Source: an uncultured Acidobacteriota bacterium (GTDB lineage: Bacteria; Acidobacteriota; JAQAZP01). From it: DNA of 64,000 nt. Position 1 is the stretch's first letter. Each line of letters starts with the position of its first letter. The position numbers and the translations under genes are program-made. Below are positions 30,062-39,004 of this stretch, piece after piece. The notes beneath the pieces are model-generated. The model was not told where the DNA came from. It did not search any database and was given only the letters and a program-made list of their open reading frames with translations. Location of the stretch: positions 1,088,001 through 1,152,000 of the forward strand of contig CAWIIB010000009.1 of the NCBI GenBank assembly GCA_963836075.1, read 5' to 3'.

Positions 30062-30775
30062 TCAATACTGATAGGTGATGTTCATCCAGCTCAGGTAATA
30101 CGGAGGATCCCCACCGGTGTTGTAGTAGGTATTGGTATGCGCACCGGGATAACTTCCCTGCGGGCTGGCCCAGACCACGGCGCACATGCCGGGGTAGACG
30201 CCCGAGCGGACCGAGTTGGCGGCATTGAACCAGGCGTCGATGTAGCGCTGGCCCACAAGCAGGTTCACGGCGTAGCGGTCTTCCACCCGCCCGTCATACC
30301 AGCCGGTGGTACGGAAGCTGAGGATCTGGTGCAGCCGGTGGAAGGTGCTCCACCAACCCGAGGCCCAGTCGCTGCGTTCGATGGGCGAGGGGACCACGCT
30401 GCAGGCGTCGATGGTCAGGCACTCCAGGTCCAGGTCGCCCAGGGAGACGCTGCCGCTGGCGAAATTCACCGGGTCGCCCCAGTTCTCGTAGGTGGTGATG
30501 GAGAAGTTGCCGCCGTGACCGCTGAAGAACGCGGTGTCCATGGCGTCCAGGTAGCTGTTACCGTGGGTGGTGAAGAGCCAGGAGTAGGCATAGTAATACT
30601 GCTCGTAGCTGAAGTGCTTGATGAAGTTCCAGCACTCGTCGATTGCCCCCGTTTCGCTGCGGCAGGCGTAGGCGCCTTCTTCGATTGCCGGGGCACTGAT
30701 GGTGACCATGCAGAGCATGGCCAAGGCAAGCAGCACGGCTGCCATTTGTCCAAATCGTCCTTTTGTCCTGTTCAT
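30062..30775 (-). CDS. Secreted DUF6345-like protein (caspase/gingipain-like His-Cys pattern)
   Basis: Signal peptide; DTAFFSGHG, LGDLDLECLTIDACSVV, W..TFHRLHQILSF, IDAWFNA. Confidence 0.75.
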   Translation of the reverse strand: MNRTKGRFGQMAAVLLALAMLCMVTISAPAIEEGAYACRSETGAIDECWNFIKHFSYEQYYYAYSWLFTTHGNSYLDAMDTAFFSGHGGNFSITTYENWGDPVNFASGSVSLGDLDLECLTIDACSVVPSPIERSDWASGWWSTFHRLHQILSFRTTGWYDGRVEDRYAVNLLVGQRYIDAWFNAANSVRSGVYPGMCAVVWASPQGSYPGAHTNTYYNTGGDPPYYLSWMNITYQY

Positions 30776-30882
30776 GTTCTTTGCTCCCTGTTCTGTCATC
30801 CTGTTGTAACCGACACATCTACCGCCCGCTGCAGCAGGCAGAGCTTTCGGGATCGCTTCCCGCGGGTTCGGAATGAGTCAGT

Positions 30883-30898
30883 TCAAGAGGCGTGCCAA
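30883..30898 (-). promoter_or_regulatory. Candidate sigma54 (-24/-12) promoter
   Basis: Minus strand TTGGCACGCCTCTTGA, versus consensus TGGCACG-N4-TTGC (one mismatch at -12), about 110 bp upstream of the start at 30775. Confidence 0.6.
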
Positions 30899-31072
30899 CG
30901 CAGGGCAACCGGGAGGGTGTGGGGGGGCAACCGCTTTGATTGCCTGGGCTCGGGAGAGGGCAGGGCCTCTTGCACAAGGCAGGTCATTGAGGTGTGCCGC
31001 AGATCTTTTTGCAAAAGATCCTGCAGGGTGTTGTAAGAATGTCTGCCGAATTGAGGGAAGGAGGGGAATCCC

Positions 31073-31161
31073 TCCCCGCCGTCCCGCAACGATTCATTGG
31101 CCGCGCTGACGATGGCATCCGGGGGCAGGGTTGTAAGGTCAGCCTGTACGACCTTCAATCG
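31073..31161 (-). pseudogene. Decayed 5' fragment of a second macro domain gene
   Basis: RLKVVQADLTTLPPDAIVSAANESLRDGG versus intact [29 protein letters not shown] (17/29 aa identical). Confidence 0.82.
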
Positions 31162-31214
31162 GGGGGTTGGTGCTGCTGATCGCGTGTGCTGTCTGCAGGC
31201 TCGACAATCGGGCT

Positions 31215-32081
31215 TCAGGCCGACTTCCGGTCAGGAGAAATGCACCACATGAATGACTGGATATCGATCATGTCTCGTGGCTTCAGTTCGGAAATCGCGT
31301 CGGCAAGGTAGTGCGCCAGCTTGAGGACCGAACTGTAGGTGAGCCAGTTCAGCCTCGTCTTGTAGTTGATTTCAAATGCGCAGACGGCAGCCGCCTGCTG
31401 CGAAATCTTGGGCTTGACGAACATCTGAGTTTCAGGGAACAGCATGAACTGGAAGTAGGATGCCGTGGTCCACTTGGCGGCGCCGATTGTCTCCAGAACG
31501 CTGGCGAACGCCTTGAACCTGGCTTCCGGGCTCTCCTCGCCATACAGCGAATTTCTCAGTGCTTCGGCAAACAACGGAACGTGCTCCGGATCTTTCAGGC
31601 CATCCCGGAGAGACATCTTCTCATTGGGGAAGATGAGGTTGGTGGCGTTCGACACCTTCAATGCGGATTTGGCGATTTCATCAAAGTCGGACCGCTCCAG
31701 GCAGGCATCGAGAGTGTCCTTGGACAGGATATCCCGGGCCAACTCATGGGCTGCGACTTTGTACTCCCGTTCGGTGGAGATGTAATCGTCCCCCTGAAAG
31801 CCCTGGGGGAACAGTGAGAGAAACTTTGTCACCTGCTGGTCGAGGGTCTGGTATTTGATTTTTTTGGTCAGGCTGGCCTCGGACAGATTGTCCAGGACGG
31901 GATGCGACGCCTCAGCGCCTTCGATCTGTACCAGAGGTGCGTATTCAAGTGAGATCAGCTTTGCTCCCCCGCCAACGAAGAACACCTTCACATGATCCCC
32001 ATAGCTGGTTTCCAGTACCTCTCCGAGGCCCCAGTCCGTTAATGTTGGATGCTTGACTCGACTGCCTTTTTGAAATGTCAT
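31215..32081 (-). CDS. DUF3553 domain protein with a helical C-terminal domain
   Basis: RVKHPTLTDWGLGEV...VKVFFVGGG.K N-domain; EREYK..AH, KWTTASYF, LKPRDMIDIQSFMW; lower GC than flanks. Confidence 0.78.
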   Translation of the reverse strand: MTFQKGSRVKHPTLTDWGLGEVLETSYGDHVKVFFVGGGAKLISLEYAPLVQIEGAEASHPVLDNLSEASLTKKIKYQTLDQQVTKFLSLFPQGFQGDDYISTEREYKVAAHELARDILSKDTLDACLERSDFDEIAKSALKVSNATNLIFPNEKMSLRDGLKDPEHVPLFAEALRNSLYGEESPEARFKAFASVLETIGAAKWTTASYFQFMLFPETQMFVKPKISQQAAAVCAFEINYKTRLNWLTYSSVLKLAHYLADAISELKPRDMIDIQSFMWCISPDRKSA

Positions 32082-32244
32082 GCTTACCTCGGGTTACGGT
32101 TTATCGGGAAGTGCCTCATCCTTGAGGGTCAGATTCCTCGAGACCTAATGTACTGCTCAACCCGCCGATCCTTGAGCAAATGATTCACCTGCGTGATCAT
32201 CTTATCATCCGCTCGCTCCAAATCCACATTTTTTATCCCAGGTG

Positions 32245-32391
32245 CTCGGCATCAGTGGGTGTGCCGGGTTCGGGGAAGACCAGCAGGTCGGCTGTATTGC
32301 CCTCGCCGGCCACCCATCGGATGGTGGCCTGGCTGGCCTACCGGTCACCGAAGAGCGGACCGAACCGGGCGTAGCCGATGGTTTTCATCAT
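32245..32391 (-). pseudogene. 5' remnant of a carbon-nitrogen hydrolase (nitrilase family) gene
   Basis: ATGA-coupled to the rsmI stop: MMKTIGYARFGPLFGDR*ASQATIRWVAGEGNTADLLVFPE. In-frame TAG at 32338-32340, then truncated. Confidence 0.75.
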
Positions 32392-33257
32392 GGGTTCTTC
32401 CCCAGCGACGCGTTGTAGGCCCGGCTCCTGGGCACACCCAGCAGCGTTGCGGCCAGTTCTGACGCCGCCTTCCGCTTGAGATCCCGCTCTTCAGCCAGCC
32501 AGTTGACGAAGCTGCCCAGGGCCTGGTCGTCCAGGTCGCCGGGGAGCCGTCCCCCATCCTTCTGGCTCGTCTTTTCCAGGGGCGCGACCACCAGGGTGAT
32601 CTCACCCCGCGGCTTCGTTTCCCGGAAGTGCTCCAGCAGTTCTTCCGCCGTGCCCCGCAGCACCTCCTCGTGGACCTTGGTCAGTTCCCGGGCCACGGCG
32701 ACCTGGCGGGCGGGGCCGAACACGTCGGCCAGATCTTCGAGCATCGCCTCCAGACGGTGGGGCGCTTCGTAGAGCACCAGGGCCAGGGGGTACGAGACGG
32801 CTTCTTCCAGCGCCCTGCGCCTGGCGCCGTGCTTTGGCGGGAGGAAACCGAGGAAGGCGAACCCGGCGGTGGAGATGCCGGAGACGGTGAGGGCGGCCAG
32901 GGCGGCCGAGGGGCCGGGGACCGGCACCACCTTCACTCCGGCCTCCGCGGCCTTGTGCACCAGGCGGTATCCGGGGTCGGAGATGGCCGGGGTGCCGGCG
33001 TCGCTGACCAGGGCCAGGTCCTCGCCGTCCAGCAGTCGCTGGAGCAGCTTCTCGCACTTCTCCTTCTCGTTGTGCTCGTGAAAACTGGTGCGAGGGGTGC
33101 TGATGCCGTGGCGGTCAAAGAGCCGGGCGGTGTGACGGGTGTCCTCGCAGGCCACCAGCTCCGCCTCTTCCAGCACCCGCAGGGCCCGGAGGGTGATGTC
33201 CTCCAGGTTGCCGATGGGCGTGCTCACCAGGTAGAGGGTTCCGGCCGGTTTTACCAT
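32388..33257 (-). CDS. rsmI: 16S rRNA (cytidine1402-2'-O)-methyltransferase
   Basis: LYLVSTPIGNLEDIT.RA, CEDTRHT, VSDAGTPAISDPG, YEAPHR, RELTKVHEE. Confidence 0.98.
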   Translation of the reverse strand: MVKPAGTLYLVSTPIGNLEDITLRALRVLEEAELVACEDTRHTARLFDRHGISTPRTSFHEHNEKEKCEKLLQRLLDGEDLALVSDAGTPAISDPGYRLVHKAAEAGVKVVPVPGPSAALAALTVSGISTAGFAFLGFLPPKHGARRRALEEAVSYPLALVLYEAPHRLEAMLEDLADVFGPARQVAVARELTKVHEEVLRGTAEELLEHFRETKPRGEITLVVAPLEKTSQKDGGRLPGDLDDQALGSFVNWLAEERDLKRKAASELAATLLGVPRSRAYNASLGKNP

Positions 33258-33260
33258 GGT

Positions 33261-34073
33261 TCAGAGGTCCGGTTCGTAGGGTCCGTCGGTGATCCGGGCC
33301 GCTGCCGGCAGGCTGCGCTTGAAGCGCATGCCGCGGATCAAACCCACCACCTTGTCCACCGCGTCTGCCGCCAGATCGTATGGCGGGGCGGAGAGCGCCT
33401 GCGGGGCCAGCCGCAGGTTGCAGAGGCCGTGGAGGATGCGGTCGGCCATCTCGTAGGTCAGGCCCAGCTCCTCCTCGTCGGTCTGGCCGGCCCAGAGGTC
33501 GGCCGAGGGGGCCTTGGTGATGATTGACTGGGGAATGTCCAGCCAGGCGGCGAGCCGGCGGACCTGGGTCTTGAACAGGTCGGCGACGGGATTGAGGGCA
33601 CAGGCGTTGTCACCAAACATGGTGGTGTAGCCGAGCATCGCCTCGGTCTTGTTCCCGGTGCCCAGCACCAGGGCGTCCAGTTGCGGGGAGAAGTCGTAGA
33701 GTACGGCCATCCGCTGGCGGGCCATCATGTTGCCGCGGCGGACCTGGTCGGCGTCGGGGTAGCCCTCGTAGTAGGCGTCCACCATGGGGGTGATGTCCAC
33801 GGTAATGGCGGTGATGCCGAGCTGGGCGGCCAGGTTTTTTGCGTCCCTCACGTTCTCCGGGTTGCTCGAGCTGTAGGGCATGATCAGGGCGGTGACGTTC
33901 TGCGGGCCCAGGGCGCGCACGGCCAGGGTGCAGGAGACGGCCGAGTCGATGCCGCCGGAGAGGCCCACCACCAGCCGGCCGAAGCCGGCCCGCATCAGCT
34001 CCTCCCTGATGAAGGCCTCCAGTTGATCGGCCACCACCTCGGGATCGATTTCCAGCGCCTGTTCCCAGTCCAT
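33261..34073 (-). CDS. nadE: NAD+ synthetase (single domain, no fused glutaminase)
   Basis: VVGLSGGIDSAV, GNMMARQRM, GTGNKTE..LGYTT.FGD, KAPSADLWAGQTDEEELG. Confidence 0.96.
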   Translation of the reverse strand: MDWEQALEIDPEVVADQLEAFIREELMRAGFGRLVVGLSGGIDSAVSCTLAVRALGPQNVTALIMPYSSSNPENVRDAKNLAAQLGITAITVDITPMVDAYYEGYPDADQVRRGNMMARQRMAVLYDFSPQLDALVLGTGNKTEAMLGYTTMFGDNACALNPVADLFKTQVRRLAAWLDIPQSIITKAPSADLWAGQTDEEELGLTYEMADRILHGLCNLRLAPQALSAPPYDLAADAVDKVVGLIRGMRFKRSLPAAARITDGPYEPDL

Positions 34074-34094
34074 TCCAGTCCCCATTATTCTTTT

Positions 34095-34147
34095 CTGTCA
34101 TCGCGAGGAGCCCGAAGGGCGACGTGGCGATCTCCTCGCAGTGACAG
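34095..34147. repeat. Palindromic element of the GTCATTGCGAG...CTCGCAATGAC type (internally shortened)
   Basis: CTGTCATCGCGAGGAG-CCCGAAGGGCGACGTGGCGAT-CTCCTCGCAGTGACAG. Confidence 0.7.
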
Positions 34148-34265
34148 CGCCTGGCCCTTGCGAGAGTGAAATTGTAGCACAATCCACCGGGAGTAGACCT
34201 CTCATGAACGGCAGCCGTAAATGGTGTAGAATCAGCCGTGCTCTCGTTGAAAAGCCCGGAGGTTC

Positions 34266-36698
34266 ATGGTACTGTCGATTGCCGTCACTGAAGGCTTTCC
34301 ATTGTTGCCCCTGTTCGCCCCTGAGGTTCGGCCCTTGAAGTGCCGGAAAAGATTCATCAGCCAGATTTTGCCGTTCTTTCTGCTCTGCCTTCTGCTGGCC
34401 GGTTCCGGCGAGTTGTATTCCCAGCAGCTCCAGGCGGGGAAGAAAGGAGGCCAGGGGATGCAGGGCCAGGATGCCTTTCCCCCGCCCGATGATGAGGACG
34501 AGGAGGATGGGACCGGGCGGTCCCGGGTGGGACGGATCCACTTCTCCGACCTCCTGCCCCTCGGGGAAAACGACATCGGCATCTACGCCCTGTTCCAGGA
34601 GCAGCCCTCCCCCGACGTCTGGGTCGGGTCGGGCTACGTGGACATCCGGTTCAAGGACACCCGTCTGCAGGCGGACAAGATCACCCTCTACCTGCTGACC
34701 AACGACGTGGTGGCCGAGGGCAACGTGGTTTTCGGCCATCCCGGGCAGCAGGTCACCGGCCAGCGGGCCACGATCAACATCGAGACCGGGCTGGGCACCA
34801 TCTGGGAGAGCACCGGTTTTTTCTCCCCCGGGATCTACGTCACCGCCGAGCAGCTGGATTATTACCAGACCGACTGGGTCCGCACCGGCAAGGCCACCTT
34901 CACCTCCTGTGACCAGCCGACACCCGACTGGAGCTTCAGGGTCAAGAAATCACGGCTGCACCTGGAGAACTACGCCTGGCTCACCTACCCCCGCTTCGCG
35001 ATCAAGAACGCCACCCTGGTCCCCTTGCCCTACCTGATCTGGCCGATCAAGACCGAGCGGAGCAGCGGTTTTCTCTTCCCCAGCATCGGGATGTCGCAAA
35101 ATCGCGGGTTCCACGTGGGCGTCCCGTTCTTCTGGGTCATCTCGGACAGCGCCGATGCCGAGCTGCGCTACGATTACTACACCAAGTGGGGCAACGGCTT
35201 CGGCGCCATCGCCCGCTACTACGTGGGCCAGTTCGGCAGCGGTTTCTTTGACGGCTACCTGTTGCAGGACAAAATCGATGACACAACCCGCTGGAAGGTC
35301 GAGTACCAGCACTTGCAGGACCTGCTCTATGACTGGCGCATCGGGGTAGACGTCGACCTGAACAGCGACTGGGACTTCAACCGCGAGTATTCCAGCGATT
35401 ATGCCTCCTTCGGCCGGCGATCCACCAGCGCCCAGGGCTATGCCTCGCGCAGCTGGTCCAACTACTCGTTCAACGCCGTGTTCCAGACCATCGAAACCAG
35501 TTACGAGAGCGGGGGGTTTTCGGATGTGGTGCGGCGCGAGCTGCCGAGCATCGACTTCGAGGGGCGCAAGCAGCGGCTCTGGGGCTCGCCGGTCTACTTC
35601 GAGTTCAACAGCAGATACGGCAACCTCTACATCCAGGATTACCGAAACGAGCGGCAGTTCAACCGCCTCGACCTCTCACCCATCGTGAGTATGCCGATCA
35701 AGAAAATCTCCTGGCTGAAGATCAACCCCGAGATCGGCTACCGCTACACCTACTACGACCACCAGGTGCCGCTGGACAAGGACGGCAACGGGATCCAGGA
35801 GGCCGACCTGCTGAAGGAGGACCTGACCCGGAGGTATTTTTTCTCCACGGTGGAGTTCATCGGGCCGTCCTTCTCCAAGATTTTCGACACCCCGCGGAGC
35901 TTCTACTCGAGCAAGATCAAGCACCTCATCGAGCCGCAGTTCTCCTACAACTACATCTCCCCGGTGAACAACCTCGCGTCGGTGCCCTACTTTGACTACG
36001 GTGACACGGTGCTGGAGGTGAACGAGGTCCAATACGCGCTGGTCAACCGTCTCTTTGCCAAGCGGAAGATCACCGAGGAAGGCCAGCCGGTGAGCCATGA
36101 GTTCCTGACCCTGGAGATCTCGCAGAAGTATTCGGTGGACCCCGAGCTGAGCACCTCCTACGGCCGGCAGTTCAACCCGTACACCGGCGGATATTACGAG
36201 GCCGAGGACCTGATCAAGCGCACTTCGCCCTGGCGCACCCGGCTGCAGATCGCGCCCACGCGGAACTTCTCCTTCGACTACGAGATATACTACGACACTG
36301 ACCTCGCCACGGTGGTGCAGCGCCGGTACGGCATTCGGATGCGGAAGCAGGACCGCTTCTTTGCTTCCGTCTCCTACAACGATAACCCTCTTCCTCCCCC
36401 CGGACGCGAGACGATCATGGGGGCGGTGGGTGTGGAACTGTTCGACAGGCGAATTCGCGCCGAGGTCGCCACCCAGTACCACTTCACGGTGGGCTACCGC
36501 CCGCGGGAGCAATTCAGGTTCGTCTACTTCGGCCAGTGCTACAGCTTCCAGATTGAGTACCTCAACTACAGTTACCGGTCCGGCGCCGACTTTGACGACA
36601 GTCTGTCCGACCGGCGGATCGAAGCCACCCTCACCCTGACCCACATCGGCGACATCTTCCGCTACCGCGACCGCTCGGACGGTTTCGGCGGTTCATAG
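34266..36698 (+). CDS. lptD: LPS-assembly outer membrane protein LptD (start uncertain)
   Basis: OstA-like N-domain (LQADKI...AEGNV), FTSCDQPTPDW, ERSSGFLFPS.G.S..RG, aromatic-rich beta-barrel, QCYSF near the C-terminus. Confidence 0.88.
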   Translation: MVLSIAVTEGFPLLPLFAPEVRPLKCRKRFISQILPFFLLCLLLAGSGELYSQQLQAGKKGGQGMQGQDAFPPPDDEDEEDGTGRSRVGRIHFSDLLPLGENDIGIYALFQEQPSPDVWVGSGYVDIRFKDTRLQADKITLYLLTNDVVAEGNVVFGHPGQQVTGQRATINIETGLGTIWESTGFFSPGIYVTAEQLDYYQTDWVRTGKATFTSCDQPTPDWSFRVKKSRLHLENYAWLTYPRFAIKNATLVPLPYLIWPIKTERSSGFLFPSIGMSQNRGFHVGVPFFWVISDSADAELRYDYYTKWGNGFGAIARYYVGQFGSGFFDGYLLQDKIDDTTRWKVEYQHLQDLLYDWRIGVDVDLNSDWDFNREYSSDYASFGRRSTSAQGYASRSWSNYSFNAVFQTIETSYESGGFSDVVRRELPSIDFEGRKQRLWGSPVYFEFNSRYGNLYIQDYRNERQFNRLDLSPIVSMPIKKISWLKINPEIGYRYTYYDHQVPLDKDGNGIQEADLLKEDLTRRYFFSTVEFIGPSFSKIFDTPRSFYSSKIKHLIEPQFSYNYISPVNNLASVPYFDYGDTVLEVNEVQYALVNRLFAKRKITEEGQPVSHEFLTLEISQKYSVDPELSTSYGRQFNPYTGGYYEAEDLIKRTSPWRTRLQIAPTRNFSFDYEIYYDTDLATVVQRRYGIRMRKQDRFFASVSYNDNPLPPPGRETIMGAVGVELFDRRIRAEVATQYHFTVGYRPREQFRFVYFGQCYSFQIEYLNYSYRSGADFDDSLSDRRIEATLTLTHIGDIFRYRDRSDGFGGS

Positions 36699-36705
36699 GG
36701 TGGTC

Positions 36706-36856
36706 GGGGACGTACTTGAATTTATGCGTAAATCGGCAAATCTGGGACGCACATAACTTTATTGGTTATCGATCCAGCTGCTGATATCCGTTATTGTTTT
36801 GCCGTCTCCCGAGCCGATCTGTCGAGCGGTAAGTTATAAAGTTATGTACGTCCCCC
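36706..36856. repeat. GGGGACGTAC-subfamily MITE-like element with a doubled left end
   Basis: GGGGACGTAC at 36706, GGGACGCACATAACTTTAT at 36744, and ATAAAGTTATGTACGTCCCC ending 36855. Confidence 0.8.
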
Positions 36857-36931
36857 AGGTCAAATTGACACGATACAGTTCAGTTGATAGATTTTGTGCC
36901 CTGGCTTGAAGCCGGATCGGGAGGGACTGGC

Positions 36932-37804
36932 GTGGAATACAAGCGGATACTGGTGCTGGGCGCCGCGGGGATGCTGGGGCAGGACCTGGTGGAACACCTG
37001 CGCGGGCAACTGCGCAACGGCGGCGAGGTCTTTGCCGCCGACCTGGAGCAGTTCGACATCACCAACCGTGAGGCCGCGCTGTCCTGGGTGGCCGACTTCG
37101 GCCCGGACCTGGTGATCAACTGCGCCGCTTACACCAACGTGGACGGCGCGGAGGAGAACCGCGAGGCGGCCCTGGCCGTCAACCGCGACGGCGCGGGCAA
37201 TGCGGCCGAGGCGGCTGCCCTGGCCGGCGCCCACTTCTACCAGATCTCCACCGACTTCATCTTCGACGGCACCAAGCACGGCCTCTATCTCGAGGAGGAC
37301 CAGCCGAACCCGCTCTCGGTCTACGGCGCCTCCAAGTGGGAGGGGGAGCTGGCGGTGCGTGAGCGGCACCCGTCACCGGTGATCGTCCGCATTTCCTGGC
37401 TCTTCGGCCCCCGGGGCAAGAACTTTGTGCAGACCATGCTCAACCTCGGCAAGACCCGCGACGAACTGACCGTGGTGCACGACGAGGTGGGGCGGCCCAC
37501 CTACACCCGCGACCTCTGCCGCTGGCTCTGGTCGATGATGGAGGCCCGCCCGGCCGGGGAGGTCTTCAACGCCGCCAACAGCGGCCGCTGCAGCTGGTTC
37601 GAGTTCGCCTCGAGGATCATCGAGGAGGGGGGGCTGGCCAAACAGGTCACCGTCCGGCCAACCACTGCGGCGGAATGGGACGCCCCGGCACCCCGGCCGC
37701 CCTGCTCCGTCCTCTCTCTCGACAAGCTCACCGCCCTTATCGGCTATCCCCCCCGGCCCTGGGAGGAAGCCCTCAAGGATTACATTCGTTTCAGCGAAAA
37801 GTAA
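36932..37804 (+). CDS. rfbD: dTDP-4-dehydrorhamnose reductase
   Basis: GAAGMLG, VINCAAYTNVDGAE, ISTDFIFDG, YGASKWEGE, APRP..SVL; GTG start after GGAGG. Confidence 0.95.
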   Translation: MEYKRILVLGAAGMLGQDLVEHLRGQLRNGGEVFAADLEQFDITNREAALSWVADFGPDLVINCAAYTNVDGAEENREAALAVNRDGAGNAAEAAALAGAHFYQISTDFIFDGTKHGLYLEEDQPNPLSVYGASKWEGELAVRERHPSPVIVRISWLFGPRGKNFVQTMLNLGKTRDELTVVHDEVGRPTYTRDLCRWLWSMMEARPAGEVFNAANSGRCSWFEFASRIIEEGGLAKQVTVRPTTAAEWDAPAPRPPCSVLSLDKLTALIGYPPRPWEEALKDYIRFSEK

Positions 37805-37820
37805 CTGAAGGGGAAGCGAC

Positions 37821-38771
37821 ATGAGAGTTCTCATCACGGGCATCGCCGGTTTTGTCGGCAGCCACCTCAGCGACCTTTTGCTGGACGCCGGATGCGAGGT
37901 CACCGGGATTTCCTATCCCGGGTTCCCCCTGCACCGGATCTCCGGTCACCTGGACAAGATCGACCTCTTCCAGGCCGACATCCTCGCCCCCCAGGAGATG
38001 GAGGAGGTCTTCCGCATCAGCAGGCCGGAGCGGGTCTACCACCTGGCCGCGGTGAGCAGTGTCCGCCAGTCGTGGAAGAACCGCAGGCAGACCATGGAGA
38101 CCAACGTCATCGGCACGATGAACATTCTGGAGGCGGCCCGGGAGATGTCGATCCCACCGCGGGTGCTGCTGGTCAGCACCTCCGAGGTCTACGGCACGGT
38201 GCCCGAAGAGGACCAGCCGGTGCTGGAGCAGTATCCCGTGCTGCCCTCCAGCCCCTACGCGGCGAGCAAGGCGGCCCAGGAACTGCTGGGCTACCAGTAT
38301 TCGGCCGGCGAGGGCGTGCACACGGTGATCGTCCGCGCCTTCAACCACACCGGCCCGGGCCAGGACGGGGACTTTGTCTGCTCCAGCTTCGCCCGCCAGA
38401 TCGCCAGGGCGGAGAAGGGGCTCACCGAGCCGGTGATCGAGGTGGGGAACCTCGAGGCGCGACGGGATTTCAGTGACGTGCGCGACATGGTGGGCGCCTA
38501 CCACGCGGCACTGGAGAACGGGCGTTCGGGTGGGCTCTACAATATCTGCTCCGGCCAGGCCCACTCGATCAACGACCTGCTGCAGATGATGCTGGGGATG
38601 AGCGAGACCACGCTGGAAGTCCGCCAGTCACCCGAGCTGATGCGGCCCCTGGACATCCCCCTGATCCTCGGTTCGAACCGCCGGTTCTCCGAGGAGGTGG
38701 GCTGGGAGCCGGCCATCCCCATCGAGACCACTCTGCGCGACCTGCTTGACTACTGGCGCGAAAAAGTCTGA
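37821..38771 (+). CDS. NDP-sugar dehydratase/reductase (GDP-6-deoxy-4-keto-mannose reductase Rmd-like)
   Basis: TGIAGFVGSHL, HLAA.SSV, PYAASK, RAFNHTGPGQ, GNLEARRDFSDVRD. Confidence 0.9.
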   Translation: MRVLITGIAGFVGSHLSDLLLDAGCEVTGISYPGFPLHRISGHLDKIDLFQADILAPQEMEEVFRISRPERVYHLAAVSSVRQSWKNRRQTMETNVIGTMNILEAAREMSIPPRVLLVSTSEVYGTVPEEDQPVLEQYPVLPSSPYAASKAAQELLGYQYSAGEGVHTVIVRAFNHTGPGQDGDFVCSSFARQIARAEKGLTEPVIEVGNLEARRDFSDVRDMVGAYHAALENGRSGGLYNICSGQAHSINDLLQMMLGMSETTLEVRQSPELMRPLDIPLILGSNRRFSEEVGWEPAIPIETTLRDLLDYWREKV

Positions 38772-38772
38772 T

Positions 38773-38914
38773 AAGCGGCTTCATAGCCTCATCTGTGGCC
38801 CGATAGCATCGTTGACGATTTCCTCGAAATGCTTACATACCACGAGAGTATGCTGCGCTTTCTCGTCAACCGTCGCCTCGCTCTCGAACCACAGTTGAGG
38901 CTATGAAACCACTT
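38773..38914. mobile_element. 142-bp MITE-like element
   Basis: 26-bp imperfect TIRs AAGCGGCTTCATAGCCTCATCTGTGG / CCACAGTTGAGGCTATGAAACCACTT (3 mismatches); internal CATAC..GTATG hairpin. Confidence 0.7.
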
Positions 38915-39004
38915 CTATTCCCGAATGGATCTATTCTCAATACCGTTTGAAATTCATGGACAATGGCTTATCCTGACTGAAAATCGATTCATCAGGGGGT
39001 AACC

